Source: Chiloscyllium plagiosum (lineage: Eukaryota). Taken from it: a stretch of 64,000 nucleotides of DNA. Below, piece by piece: positions 12,866 to 26,768 of this stretch. Under the pieces are notes generated by a model, which did no database searches, had not been told where the DNA came from, and saw only the letters and a list, made by a program, of their open reading frames with translations. The position numbers and the translations under genes were made by a program. Positions within the stretch are counted from its first letter, which is position 1; each line of letters starts with the position of its first letter. Location of the stretch: NCBI RefSeq assembly GCF_004010195.1, contig NC_057753.1, positions 6,841,960 to 6,905,959 of the forward strand, written 5' to 3'.

Positions 12866-13547
12866 AACTTGGTGGGTCTCAGTAACTCTTTTTATTATGT
12901 TAAGTATCGCAAATGCCATTCTCACAGCCTTATCTACCTATTCTATTATCTTTGATGACCTGTGATCATGCATACCAAGGTTCCTCTGGATTTACCACAG
13001 CACCAATATTATTGTTATCCATAAACATAGCGATCAGAGCTTTTGTACACAGCGAACAGCAAGGGACTCAGTACCACCCGCTGCTACTGTCACGAGACTC
13101 AGGCTTCCAGTCATGAAACGTCCTAGGTTGTTACACACTCCCCGCATAGTGATTGCCCACTTCTTGATTTAGGTTCTAACCAGAACAGCGTTCTCATGTA
13201 TCATCCCTCCTTCCTTCAGGAATTGACTCCTTGATCACTGTTGGGGCACATACCTTTCCCATTGCTGCCATCCCTTCCTCAACCATGCCTCCATGATAGT
13301 ATTGATATCTATGTGTTAGTCAACTCCTTTAACTCCCCTTCCCTACAAGATTCCTTGCATTAAAATCAGTATCATCCAAGCTTGCTACATCCCTTTGTAT
13401 TTAGGTTTCTCCCAGGAGAAACAGAGACTGGGATTTATAGCTTTGGATAAGTGTTAGAGCTGTGCAGTGCAGAAACAGACCCTTTGATCCAACTCGTCCA
13501 TGCTGACCATATATTCTAAATTAATCCAGTCACATTTGCCAGCACAA

Positions 13548-14556
13548 AGTTAAAGTTCTAAATCGGAGAGAGGCCAATTTTAATTGCATGAGGCAGGAAC
13601 TTTCAAAATTTGGATTGGGGCAGATTTTTGCAGGTCAAATGAATGGCTGGACAATGGGAAGCCTTCAGAAATGAGGTAGAGAGTTGAAAGACAGTATATT
13701 CCTATTTGGGTGAAAGGCAAGGCTGTTGATATAGGGAATGCTGGATGCTTAGTGAAGTTGAGGTTTTGGTCAAGAAAAAGAAGTAAGCATGTGTTGGTAT
13801 ATGCGCGAGGGATTGTGTGAATCCTTTGAAAAGTTTAAAGGCAGTCGGAGTATATGGAAGAGGGAAATCAGGAGGGCTAAAAGGGCACGTGAGTTAGCTT
13901 TGACAATTAGGGTTAAGGAGAATCGAAAGGCTTTTTATAAATACATTAAGGACAAAACGGGAGAGAAAAAGGCCCCTCAAAGCTCAGCAAGGCAAGCCTG
14001 TGTGTGGAGCCGCTGGAGATGGGGGGAGATAATAAACAAGTATTTTGCATCAGTGTCAACTGTGGAGAAGGATGTGGAAGGTGTAGAATGTGGGGAAATA
14101 GATGGTGACATCTTGAAAAATGTCCATATTATGGAGGAGGTGGTACTGGATGTTTCAAAATGCATAAAGATGGATAAATCCCCAGGACCTGATCAGGTGT
14201 ACCCTCAAACTCTGTGGGAAGCGAGGGACGTGATTGCTGGGCCCCTTGCTGACCCTCTTGCTGACATATTTGTATCATTGATAGTCACAGGTGAGGTGTC
14301 GGAAGACTGGAGGTTGGCTAACATGGTGCCACTATTTAAGAAAGGTGGTAAGGCAATGCCAGGGAGTGTTCGACTGTTGAGCTGACATTGGTGGAGGCCA
14401 TCCAGTGGGACAGAATTTACATGTATTTGGAAACGCAAGGTGTGATTAGGGATACTCAACGTGGCTTAGCATGTGCTGAATCATGTCTCAAAAACGTGAT
14501 TGAGTTTTTTGAAGAAGTAATGAAGAGGATTGATGAGGGTAGAGAGGTGGACGTGA
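13548..14556 (+). mobile_element. CR1 LINE ORF2 middle fragment
   Basis: KSPGPDQVYP and EDWRLANMVPLFKKG. Confidence 0.88.
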
Positions 14557-15417
14557 GGTGAACTCGTCCATACTGCCCAGATATTCTAAGCTAATCTAGT
14601 CCCATTTGCCAGTATTTGGCCCATATCCCTCTAAACCCTTCCTATTCATATACCCATCCAGATGCCTTTCAAATGCTGTAATTGTACCAGCCTCCACCAC
14701 TTCCTCTGGCAGTTCGTTACATACATGTACCACCCTCTGTGTGGAAAAAGTTGCCTGTTCGGTCCCTTTTATATCTTTCCCCTCTCACCTAAACCTGTGC
14801 CCTCTAGTTCTGGACTTAACCCACCCCAGAGAAAATACCTTGTCTATTTTCCGTATCCTTGCCACTCATGATTTTATAAACCGCTATAAGGTCACCCCTC
14901 AGCTTCCAATGCTCCAGGGAAAACAGCCCCAGCCTGTCAGCTTTCCGTGTAACTCAAATTCTTAAAACCTGGCAGCATCTTTGTAAATGTTTTCTGAACC
15001 CTTTCAAGTTTCACAACATCCTTCCAATAGGAAAGAGACCAGAATTGCACACAATATTCCAAAAGTGGCCTAACCAATGTCCTGTAGAGCTGCAACATGA
15101 CCTCCTGTACTCAGTACTCTGACCAATAAAGGAAAGCATACCTTCACTCTCCTATCTACCTGCGACTCTACTTTCAAGGGACTATGAACCTACACTCCAC
15201 GGTCTGTTTGTTCAGCAACACTCTGAAGATCCTGCCATTAAATGTGTAAGACCTGCTCTGATTTGCTTTTCCAAAATGCAGCACCTCCCCTTTATCATCT
15301 GCCACCCCTCAGCCCATTGGCCCATCTGATCAAGATCGCGTTGTAATCTGAAGTAACCTCCTTCGCTGTCCACTATACCTCCAATTTTTCGTGTCATCTG
15401 CAAACTTACTAACTATA

Positions 15418-15650
15418 GGCGGCATGGTGGCACAGTAGTCTGTCTGTGTGGAGTTTGTACATTCTCCCCGTGTCTGCGTGGGTTTCCTCCGGGTGCTCCA
15501 GTTTCCTCCCAAATCCAAAAATGTACAGTTGAGGTGCATTGGCCATAGTGTTCGGTGAAGGGGTAAATGTAGGGGAATGGGTGGGGTGCGCTTCGGCGGG
15601 TCGGTGTGGACTTGTTGGGCCGAAGGGCCTGTTTCCACTCTAAGTAATCT
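15418..15650 (+). mobile_element. HE1-type SINE (internally deleted), nested in CR1
   Basis: gtggagtttgtacattctccccgtgtctgcgtggg core and ggccgaagggcctgtttcca tail. Confidence 0.85.
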
Positions 15651-15968
15651 ATACCTCCTATGTGGGCATCCAGGTCATTTATATAAATGACGAAAAGCAG
15701 TGGAACCCAGCACCAATCCTTTTGGCTCACCTCTGTTCACAGGCCTCCAGTCTGAAAAGCAACCCCCTACCTATCACCCTTTGTCTTATGTCTTTGAACC
15801 AGTTCTGTATCGGAATGGCTAGTTCTCCCAGTGTTCCATGAGATCTAACCTTGCTAACCAGTCTCCCAAGAGGGAATGTGTCGAACGCTTTACTGAAATC
15901 CATATAGATCATGTCCACCTCTCTGCCCTCATCAATCCTCTTTGTTACTTCTTCAAAAAACTCAATCA

Positions 15969-16785
15969 TAGAACATAGAACATTATAGCGCAGTACAGGC
16001 CCTTCGGCCCTTGATGTTGCACCGATCTGTCATACCAATCTGAAGCCCATCTCACCTACACTATTCCATGTATGTCCGTATGCTCGTCTAATGACAACTT
16101 AAATGTACCTAAAGTTGGCGAATCTACTACCATTGCAGGCAAAGTATTCCATACCCTTACTACTTGAGTGAAGAAACTACCTCTGACTTCAGTCCTATAT
16201 CTATCACCCCTCAATTTAAAGCTATGCCCCCTCATGTTGCCGTCCCCATACTTGGAAAAAGGCTCTCCCTGTCCACCCTATCTAACCCTCTGATTATCTT
16301 ATATGTCTCTATTAAGTTACCTCTCAACCTTCTTCTCTCTAACGAAAACAGCCTCAAATCCCTCAGCCTTTCCTCTTAAGATCTTCCATCCGTATCAGAC
16401 AACATCCTAGTAAATCTCCTCTGCACCCTTTCCAAAGCTTCCACATCCTTCTTATAATGCGGTGACCAGAGTCGTACACAATACTCCAAGTGCGGCCGCA
16501 CCAGAGTTTTGTACAGCTATCGCATAACCTGATGCTTCCGGAACTCGATCCCTCGATTAATAAAAGCTAAAACACTGTATGCCTTCTGAACAACCCTGTC
16601 AACCTGGGTGGCGACTTTCAAGGATCTATGTACCTGGACACCGAGTCTCTCTGCTCATCTACACTACCAAGAATCTTACCAAGATTAGCCCAGTACTCTG
16701 CATTCCGGTTACTCCGACTAAAGTGGATCACCTCACGCTTGTCCGCATTAAACTCCATTTGCCACCTCTCAGCCCAGCTCTGCAG
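15969..16785 (-). mobile_element. CR1 3' fragment nested in CR1
   Basis: (catagaa)n tail at 15967-15981 followed by the RT C-terminus. Confidence 0.85.
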
Positions 16786-18540
16786 TGAATGAGACATGAT
16801 TTCCCACGCACAAAGCCATGTTGACTATCCCTTAGCAGTTCTTGCCTTTCTAAATGTAAATCCTGTCCCTCAAGATCCCCTCCAACAACTTGTCCACCAC
16901 CGAGTTCAGGCTCACTGGTCTATAGTTCCCTGGCTTTTCTTATCACCCTTCTTAAACAGCGGTACCAAATTATTTAACCTCCAGTCTCCTGGCACCTCAC
17001 CTGTGACTATCGCTGATACAAATATCTCAGCAAAGGGCCCAGCAATCACTTCCCTCTAGCTTCCCACAGAGTTTTAGGGTACATCTGATCAGGTCCTGAG
17101 GGTTTATCCACTTTTATGCGTTTCAAGGCATCCAGCATCTCCACCTCTGTAATGTGGATGTTTTTCAAGATATCTCCATCAATTTCCCCACATTCTATAT
17201 CTTTCCATGTCCTTATCCACAGTAAACACCTGAGGCAAAATACTCATTTAGTATCCCCCCCCCCCTTCTCCAACAGCTCCACACATAGGGTGCCTTACAG
17301 ATCTTTGAGGAGCTGTATCCCCTCCCTAGTTACCCTTTTGTCCTTAATGTATTTACTTGGGTTTTCCCTATTTGCCATCCTGAGTCCCCTCTTAAATATA
17401 TTTCGATTGCCTTTATCCTCTTCTAAGGATTCACTTGATCTCTCCTGTCTGTACTTGTCATATGCTTCTTTTCTTAACGCAATCCCCAATTTCTCTCATC
17501 ATCCAGCTTTCCCTACAGCTACCAACCTTTCCTTTCACCCTAACCGGAATGTACTGCCTCAGGACTCTCGTTATCTCATTTTTGAAGGCTCCCCAGTTTC
17601 CAGTCATCCCTTTACCTGCCAACATCTGCCCCCAATCAGCTTTTGAAAGATCTTGCCTAATACTGTTGAAATTAGCCTCCTTCCAATTTAGAACTTCACC
17701 TTTTAGATTTAGTCTATCCTTTTCCATCATTATTTAAGATCTAATAGAATTATGTTCGCTGGCCCCAAAATGTTCCCCCACTGCCACACAGTCACCTGCC
17801 CTGCCTTATTTCCCAAGAGTAGGTCAAGTTTTGGACCTCCTGTAGTAGGTACATCCACATTCTGAATCCCAAAATTTTGTTATACACACCTAACAAGTTT
17901 CTCTCCACCTAAACCCTTAACACTATGGCAGTCCCAGTCTATGTTTGGAAAGTTAGAATCCCCTGCCATAACCACCCTATTATTCTTAAAGATATCTGAA
18001 ATCTCCTTATAAATCTGTTTCTCAATTTCCTGCTGACTATTTGGGGGTCTGTAATACAATCCCAATAAGATGATCATCCCTTTTTAATTTCGCAGTTCCA
18101 CACAAATAATTTCCCTGAATGTATTCCTAGGAATATCCTCCCTAAGTATAGCAGTAATACTATCCCTTATCAAAAATGCCACTCCCCCTCCCTTCTTGCC
18201 ACCCCTTTCTATCCTTCCTATAGCATTTGTATCCTGTAAGCTACCAGTTCTATCTATCCCTGAGCCACGTTTCCATCATTGTGATGATATCCCAGCCTAT
18301 AGCTCCAAACCATGCCCTGAGTTCATCTGCCTTCCTTGTTAGGCCTCTTGCATTGAAGTAAATGCAGTTGAATTCATTAGTCCTACCTTGTTCTCTTCCT
18401 TATTCCTTCCTGCTGTGACCATTTGACTCACTCCCTTTCCAAATGTTTTAGATTGATCTCTTTCCTCATCACTTCCCTGGGTCTCTTCCTCCCCCCCCGC
18501 ACAAACCTTGCCAGTGTAAATCCTCCTGAGCAGCTTCAGT

Positions 18541-19930
18541 AGGGCATTTGACAGGGTTCCTCATGCTGCGAGGTCAAAGACGAGTGGAATGTGTACTGTA
18601 AATGGCCACTGTTAGGAGCATTACATACAAAGGGATCTTGAGGTCCAAGTCTGTAGTTTCCTGAAGCCCTATGGCATGCTTGTCTACGTCTTTCAAGACA
18701 CTGAGTGTAAACATTAGCAAGTCATTTTGGAACTGTAGGAGACTTTGTTCGGGCTGCATTTAGAGTACTATGCGCAGTTATGGTCACTGCATAATAGGAA
18801 GGATGCGAGGCTTTGGATAGGATGCAGTACAGGTCTGCCAGGATCGGAGAGTCATTGTCCTACAGCATGGAAACAGACCCCAACTCGCCCATGCCAAACA
18901 TAATCCCAAACTAAACTAGTCACATCTGCTTGCTGCTGGTCCATATCCTACCAACCTTTCCTCTCATGTACAGTCCAAATGTCTTTTAAATGTTGTAATT
19001 GTGCCCACATCCTCAGGATGTTCATTCCACATGCAAATACCCTCTGTTAAAAAAAAAATTGACCTACATGTCTATTTTATATCTCTGTCCTGGCACCTTA
19101 AAAATGTGCCCCTCGTCTTGCAATCCCCACCCGAGGGAAAATACACCTTGTATTCAACCTATGTAGAGCCCTCGTGATTTTACAAACCTCTGTAAGGTCG
19201 CTTCGCAACCTTCTTTCACTCCAGTGGAAAAGCTCTCAGCTTATCCAGCCTTTCTTTATAATTCAAACCTTCCATACCCAGCAATATCCTGTTGAATCTC
19301 TTCTGAACCTTCTCCTGCTCAATAATATAACTGAGCGCCCAGAGCTGGGCACAGCAGTCCAGAACAGGCCTCACCAATGTCCTGTACAACTGTAACATGA
19401 CTTCCCAACTCCAACAGAAACTGAAATTGCTGGAAAAACTCAGCACGGCTGGCAGCATCTGTGGAGCGAAGTCAAAGTTAACATTCCGAATCCAGTGACT
19501 GTGTTTGAGATTTAGATCTACTGGCATGTTGCCTGGATTGGAGTGGATTAGCTGTAAGGAAAGGTTGAATAAACTTGGATTGTTTTTGCTAAAACGTAGA
19601 GGCTGAGGGGGACAACCTGGGAGAAATTTATAAAATTATGAGGATCCTGGATCGAGTGGTTAATTGGAGTCTTTTTGTCACATTGTCAAGTACTATAGGG
19701 AATAGGTTTAAGTGAGAGCGACTAACAAGTTTAACAGGTATGTGTGAGGAACTTTTTTTTTGCAAGGTGCCTGGAATGTTGCTGCCAGGGAAGTGGTAAG
19801 AGCAGATACAGTCACAAAGTTTGAGAGCCATTGAGTCAGATCCATGACCAGTAAGGGAATAGAGTTTTCCAGGCCATGTGCAACTAGATGGGATCATGGT
19901 CACATTGTCTTGGAATGCCAGAGAGCCAGT
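18541..19930. mobile_element. Old + strand CR1 with a nested - strand CR1 (~18846-19412) and a PLE terminus (~19412-19505)
   Basis: CR1 RT C-terminal sequence on both strands; gctggaaaaactcagcacggctggcagcatctg motif. Confidence 0.7.
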
Positions 19931-20026
19931 TCCTGTGCAGCACTATTCTCTTCTTGTCCTAACTGAGTATCCCTTCTGTTCCTCGACTGTCCCACAAAGG
20001 GCAACAATCTTTGTACATCTACAAGG

Positions 20027-20358
20027 GAGGCACGGTGGCTCAGTGGTTAGCACTCCTGCCTCACAGCGCCAGGGGCCCAGGCTTGATTCCAGTCTTGGGC
20101 GACTGTGTGGAGTTTGCACGTTCTCCCTGAGTCTGCGTGGGGTTCCTCCGGGTCCTCTGTTTCCTCCCACAATCCAAAGATGTGCAGGTCAGGTGAATTG
20201 GCCATGCTAAATTGCCCATAGTGTTCAGGAATGTGTAGGTTAGGTGCACTGGTCAGGGGCAAATATAGGATAATTGGGTAAGGAATAGTAACTCTTCGAA
20301 GGGTCAGTGTGGACTTGTTGGGCCGAAGGGCCTGCTTCCACACTGTGAGGATTCGATA
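20027..20358 (+). mobile_element. HE1-type SINE, near full length
   Basis: ggcacggtggctcagtggttagcactcctgcctcacagcgccaggg head, core and tail all present. Confidence 0.9.
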
Positions 20359-20369
20359 GAGATACCCCA

Positions 20370-21010
20370 TAAAGCCCCGTAAGAATTTGGTAGGTTTCAA
20401 TAAGGTCACATTTTATTCTTCTCAAGTCTAATGAGGACGGGTTCAACCTATTCAACCACTCCTCAGAAAATGTTCTTTGCACACCTGGGATCAACTGAGT
20501 TCATTTTCTCTGAACTGCCTCCAGTGTTAGCGTCTCTTTCCTTCAAGAGGATGATCAAACCTGTACTCATTATTCAAGGTTTCGGCTAACCATGTCTCGT
20601 TTAATTTTTGCAATATTTCCCCTCTTTTTATTCTCCACTTTATTTGAAATAAAGGCGAACATGCCCCCATAGGTTTCCAATTCCATCTGCTAAGTTTTAG
20701 TCTCCTCATCAACCTGTCCCTATCCCTCTGCGTTCAGTGCTGTACTCACTATTTATCTTCCCCATCTATGTTAGTGTCATTCACAACTTTGCTGTAGTAC
20801 ATTGGCTTCCCATTCAAGTCATTAATTTCCAATGTAAATAATTGTGGCCAGGGCTGTGATCGCTGTGGCACTCCATTAATGGCAGCTTGCCATCCTGAGA
20901 GCAGCCCCATTATCCCAACACTTTTCTTTATTAGTTAGTCATTTCCCTGTCCATGTCCCGAGCAACAATGGCTCTTATTTCATGAGCAGCCTGACATGTG
21001 CTTTATCGAA
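20370..21010 (-). mobile_element. Old CR1 fragment
   Basis: Minus-strand peptide LRRIKCDLIETYQILTG. Confidence 0.65.
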
Positions 21011-21399
21011 AGTTGAGGGAAACTGTGGATCTTTTCATCATGGCAAATTAGGATGACAGGAGTTGTGAGCGGAGAGTCATGGTCAATGTGCAAGATGTTC
21101 CAGACATTTCTTGTCCTTCAGGATCTGTGTCCAGGTGAGGAGTTGATGGGTTTACCCCAATACATTCTACCTGTCAGAATGAAATAATCCACCATCAAAT
21201 ACAGCATGGGAAATACAGAGGAAATCTATGACCCTTCCCTGTGATTCAGATAGTGAGGGACTGAGAGTCTCTGGGTCATTGACATTTCTCCCTCAGTAAG
21301 GTGGGAATTTATCCTGTGTCTGTACACATTAATTCTGGGCTTCACATGGCTCACCCTCTTGCTGTTTCCCTTCAGGTCAGGGCGTTTTACTCTGCGTTT

Positions 21400-21812
21400 A
21401 ACCTGCTTTGAGACTGCTTGTTATGCACTGTAAAAGGAACTGTATTGTATTTATGACAAACGTTAAACTGGTCCTTAGACGCGCGATGGGAACAAGGTGC
21501 AGTAGACTTTGCTCTGGATCTAACATTGCACTCTCCCCGCGCTGGGATGGAAACGAGAACAATGCAGTAGGAGCGTCAAATCTATGCTCTTATCTACCCA
21601 AAGGGAGTTTGATGGCGATAACGGGAAGAGAGATTCACTGTATATCTCACCTGTGCTGTATCTAACTGGGGCAGTGGAATGGGAATAACATGAAGGGAGA
21701 TTCCATGTGTACCTAACCTGTGCTGGATCTGCCTAAGACAGTGTGATGTGAATAAGGTGAAGGGAGGTTCACTGTGTATCTAACCTGTGTTATCTCTGAC
21801 TGGAGAGTTTTT
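21400..21812. repeat. Degenerate ~65-bp minisatellite
   Basis: Recurrent tgtatctaacctgtgctg...gaagggag units. Confidence 0.6.
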
Positions 21813-21859
21813 CAGGTAGCTACTGGATGCTCAGTCTGGCCCACTCCCTGGCAAAAGCA

Positions 21860-24800
21860 TCCATCACTGCAATGAGAACATAACTAAACCCAGGGATTGA
21901 ACTCTTCGAGAGGGTTTAACTAGTTTGGCAGGAGGATAGGAATCGGAGGATGGGGTAGCTGGCGAATGAACAGGAACAGCACGCGGAGTGTCTGTGAGGA
22001 AAGATACAGTTGTTTTGGTAAAGTTGCAGTTAGTGTGATGGGTTGAAGTATTTCTATTTTAACGCAAGAATTGTCAGAATTAAGGGTGTCAAACTTAGAG
22101 CATGGATCAGTACTTGGAACTGTGATGTTGTGACCATTATGGAGACTTGGATATCACAGGTAGGAATGGTCCATTGGATGTTCCGGGTTTAGATGTTCCA
22201 AAAGGAAGAGGGAAGTAGGTAAAAGAGTGGAGGTGTGGCATTGCTAATCAGGGATAGTACCACGGCTGCAGAAAGGGAAGTGGTTGAGGAGAGTTTGTCT
22301 ATAGAGTCAGTATGGATGGAAGTCAGAGACAGGCAAGGAGCAGATACTTTATTGGGAGTTTTTTACGGACCCATCAAAAGCAACAGAGACATGGAGGAGC
22401 AGATTGGAAGACAGATTTTTGAAAGATGCAGAAGTAACGGGTTGTTGTCATTGGGTGACTTTAACTTACCGAACATTGATTGGAACCTCCTTAATGCAAA
22501 TAGTTTGGATGGAGCAGTTTTTGTCAGCTGTGTCCAGGCAGGATTCCTGACCCAATATGTAGATAGGCCGACTGGAGGGGAGGCAGCGAACCAGGCCAGG
22601 TGTCAGATCTCTCGGTGGGAGAGCATTTCGGTGATGGTGATCACAACTCCCTTACCTGTATTATAGTCATAGAGAGGATAGGAACACACTGTCCAGGAAA
22701 GTACTTAATTGGGGGTGCAGGAACTGTGGAGCATACATTAGGTCCAGGTATTCTCAGGGAATTGCACAACAGAAATGTGGAGGTTGTTTAAGGAGGACTC
22801 GCGAATGCTGGGTGGGTTTGTCCAGCTGAGGCAATGGTAGGGTGATGGAATCTTGGATGGCAAGAGATGTGGAACATCTAGTCAAGAGGAAGAAGGAAGC
22901 TTACTGAGTTGATGAAGAAAGGATAGGACAGGGCTTTAGAGGGTTACAGTGTAGCCAGGAGGGACCTGAAGAATAGACTTAGGAGAGCTAGAAGGAGGCA
23001 TGAAAAAGCTTTGGTGGGTAGGATTAAGGAAGATCCTATGGCGTTCTACATCTACGTGAGAAACAAGAGGATGGCCAGAGTGAGGGTAGGGCCGACCAAG
23101 GACAGTGAATGGAATTTGTTCCTGCAGTCAGAGCAGGTAGGGGTGGTCCTGAATGAATACTTTGCTTCAGTATTCAGGCGTGAGAGGGACCTTGTCGTTT
23201 GTGAGGACAGGCATGAAACAGGCTGATATGCTCAAACAGATTGATGTTAAGAAGGAGATTGTGCTGGAGATTTTGAAAAGCAGACGGATAGGTAAGTGTC
23301 TTACACCACGTGGGATATCCTCAAGGTTACGACAGAAAGTGAGAACAGATTGATGTGACTTTGGCGGTGATCTTTGTGTTCTCACTGTCCACTGGAGTAG
23401 TACCAGATGATTGGAAGGCGGCAAATGTTATTCTCATGTTCAAGAAACTGAATAGGGATAATCCTGAGAATTACAGACCAGTCAGTCTTGCGTCAGTGCT
23501 GGGCAAATCATTGGAGAGGATTCTGAGAGACAAGATTTATGATGATTTGGAAAAGCATAGTTTGATTGGAAAAGTCAGCATGCCGTTGTGAGGATCAGGT
23601 CATGCCTCATAAGCCTTATCGAATTCTTTGAGGATTTGACAAAACACATTGTTGAAGGTAGAGCAGTGGATGTGGTGCACATCGATTTTAAAAAGGCATT
23701 TGATAAGGTTCCCCTTAGTAGGCTCATTCAGAAAGTAAGGAGGCATAGGATACAGGCAAACTTGGCTGTCTGGATACAGAATTGGCTGGCCCAGAGAAGA
23801 CAAATGGAAAGTAGTGTATGGAAAGTATTCAACCTGCAGCTTGGTGACCAGTGGTATTCTGCAGGGACCTGTTCTGGGACCTCTGCTGTTTGTGATTTTT
23901 ATGAATACCTTGTATGAGGAAGTGGATGGATGGGTTAGTAAGTTTGCTGATGACATGAAGGTTGGTGGAGTTATGGATAGTGTAGATGGGTGTTGTTGGT
24001 CGCAATGGGACATTGACAGGACGCAGAGCTGGGCTGATAAATGGCACATGGAGTTGAACCTGGAAGAGTGTGAAGTGATTTGTTTTAGAAGGTTGAGTTT
24101 GATGCAGATCACAGTGTTAAAGGCAGGATTCTTGGCAAAGAACAAAGAAAACTTACAGCCGAGGAACAGGCCCTTCAGCTCTCCAAGCCTGAGCTGATCC
24201 AAATCCACTTTCTAAACCTGTCACCCAATTTTTAAGCATCTGTATCCCTCTGCTCCCCACCTACTCATGCATCTGTCCAGATGCACCTTAAATGAATCTA
24301 CCGTACCTGCCTCTACCACCTCTAGTTCCAAACGCCCACCACCCTCTGTGTGAAGTACTTGTCGCATGTATCCCCCTTAAACTTTTCACCTCTCACCTTG
24401 AAAACGTGACCTCTCGTTATTGATTCCTTCACCCTGGGGAAAAAGCTTATCTCTATCCACCCTGTCTATACTCTTCATGATTTTGTAAACCTCAATCAGG
24501 TCGCCTCTTAATCTCCTTTTTTCTAATGAAAACAAACCTAACCTACTCATAGCCAGCACCTTCCATATCAGGCAACATCCTCGTAAACCTTCTCTGCACC
24601 CTCTCCAAAGCATCCACACCCTTTTGGTAATGTGGTGACCAGAACTGTACACAGTATTCTAACTGTGTCCGAACCAATGTCTTGTACAATTTTAACATGG
24701 CCTGCCAGCTCTTATACTCAATGTCCCATCCAATGAAGGCAAGCATACTATATGCCTTCTTGACCACTCTATCCACCTGTGCACCAATCTTCAGGGTACG

Positions 24801-25800
24801 ACCACTCTATCCACCTGTGCACCAATCTTCAGGGTACAATGGACCTGCATTCCCAGATCTCTCTCCTCATCAACTTTTCCCAAGGCTCTTCCATTCATTG
24901 TATAATTCGCTCTAGAATTAGGCTTGCCTAAATGCCTCACCTCACATTTATCTGGATTGAATTCCATCTGCCCCTTTTTCACCCAACTCTCCAGTCTATC
25001 TATATTCTCCTGTTTTCTCTGACAGTCCCTTATGCTTTCTGCTACTCCACGAATCCTCGTGTCATCTGCAAACTTGCTGATCATACCAACAGTGCCCTCT
25101 TCCAGATCACTTATGTATATCACAAACAGATTGGAGGAACGGGGATATTGAGGTCCATGTCCATAGATCCCTCAAAGTTGCCACCCAAGTTGATAGGGTT
25201 GTTAGGAAGGCATATGGTGTGTTGGTTTAATTAGCAGGGGGATTGAGTTAAGAGCCGTGAGGTTGTGCTGCAAATCTGTAAAGCCCTGGTTCGACCACAC
25301 TCGAAATATTGTGTTCAGTTCAGGTCACCTCGGTATACGAAAGATGTGGAAGCTTTAGAGAGGGTGCAGAGGAGATTTCCCAGGATGCTGCCTGGATTGG
25401 AGGGCATGTCTTAGGTTGAGGGAGCTCTGGCTTTTCTCACTGGAGTGAAGAAGGATGAGAGATTACTTGGTAAAGGTGTACAAGATGGTGAAAGGCATGG
25501 ATAGAGCGGATAGAGACGACTTCCCAGTGTGGCTATTACCATAATTTTAAGGTGATTGGTGGAAGGTTTAGGGGAGATGTCAGAGGTAGGTTCTTTATTC
25601 AGAGTGGTGGGTGCGTGGACTGCACTGCCAGCAGTGGTAGTAGAATCAGATACGTTAGAGACATTTAAATGACTCTTGGATAGGCACATGGATGATAGTG
25701 TATGGTATGTAGTTTAGTTTGATCTTAGAGTAGGATAAAAGGCCGACACAACATCGAGGTCCAAAGGGCCTATACTGTGCTGTACTGTTCGATTTTCTAC
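21860..25800 (+). mobile_element. Near-complete decayed CR1 ORF2 (APE and RT) with a nested - strand CR1
   Basis: LGDFNLPNIDW, NYRPVSLASV, DFKKAFDKVP and KFADDMKV; resumes at ~25129. Confidence 0.9.
24141..25128 (-). mobile_element. CR1 3' fragment nested in CR1
   Basis: KFADDTRI and [12 protein letters not shown] on the minus strand; internal 38-bp tandem duplication at 24762-24837. Confidence 0.9.
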
Positions 25801-26768
25801 TATAGAAACCGTCAGTTTCTGTCCAGTAAGTACTGCGAGTGCCCTGAACGTTTCTGTACTGTCTGATCAATATTTCACCTGGGTCTGGGTCTTTTAGCGA
25901 TGATTTGAATTTGATTTCCTCCAGTTACTGAGTCACTGACTGTTGAAGACATTCCATTTCACAGAACCTTCTCGTTGGAAACTCGAATTACATCAGGGAA
26001 AGAGGCACGATCTGGCTGTTAGTTACAACATAAACCTGAACCACAGTGAGAGGCGAATAGAATAGATTCTCATGTGTCATGCTTATAATTGTGAAACATG
26101 AGAAATAACAGCAGGCAGAGGAATTCAGGATTATTGAGAAAATGACTGAAGTGAAAAGGAAGTATTTCACCATGGTTGTGAGCAGTGTTGTCCAGACTCT
26201 GACACTTAGCAATGGAGTGGTTTGAAGCAGCTAGCAGATAGGAGTTTGTAGTGAGGCCAATGTCTTCTGTCTTGCCAATATTTAAATTTCTGCTCGCCCA
26301 GTTGAGATATCAGACGTGTCAGGAATGTGTGTGATTGGGAGGTGACATTGTTGATATCAACCTCCGAGTCCGGTCTTTCTGGGTGGTAGAAGTTGTTCGG
26401 TTCTGTCAAAGTTCTGATCAATGTCCCTGTCCGTCTCCTCCTGCAGAGACGAAACGCTAGTGTTGGCCCGGACTGAGTGGCAGATTCCCATCACTGAAGG
26501 ACAGCAGTCAACTAAATGGGTTTTTGTTACAATCCAGTAGGTTACACGGTCAATTTTTCCCAGTGTCAGCCCCACACATTACCAGATTCATTCAGCTCCA
26601 TTTCAGAATTGTTAATCGTGTTTTTTTTTGATGTGGGTTTTCTCTCACCCCTTTTCTCTTTCATAGATCAAGTCACAGGAAGCTGGAAGGTTTGCATCCA
26701 GTAACATTGCAACAGGATTGACAGAGTCATCCGTTTTATCTTAACCTGAACATCGACGGAGTTTGAAC

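Larger units (their letters stand above)
14560..18540 (-). mobile_element. Long CR1 LINE (APE to 3' UTR) with a nested SINE and a nested CR1
   Basis: GLYYRPPNS (APE), IEFFEEVTKRIDEG and KFADDTK; the sequence resumes colinearly after each nested insert. Confidence 0.88.

Noticed and set aside
13455..15968. Single twin-primed (inverted) CR1 insertion
   Set aside because: The + and - pieces overlap in the same RT segment and the - copy continues to 18540, so separate copies are more likely.
20027..20100. tRNA gene
   Set aside because: This is the tRNA-derived head of a SINE and continues directly into the SINE core and tail.
25800..26480. Minus-strand ORFs in apparently unique sequence upstream of the ZNF exon
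   Set aside because: Short, with stops in all frames and no motif I can recognise.
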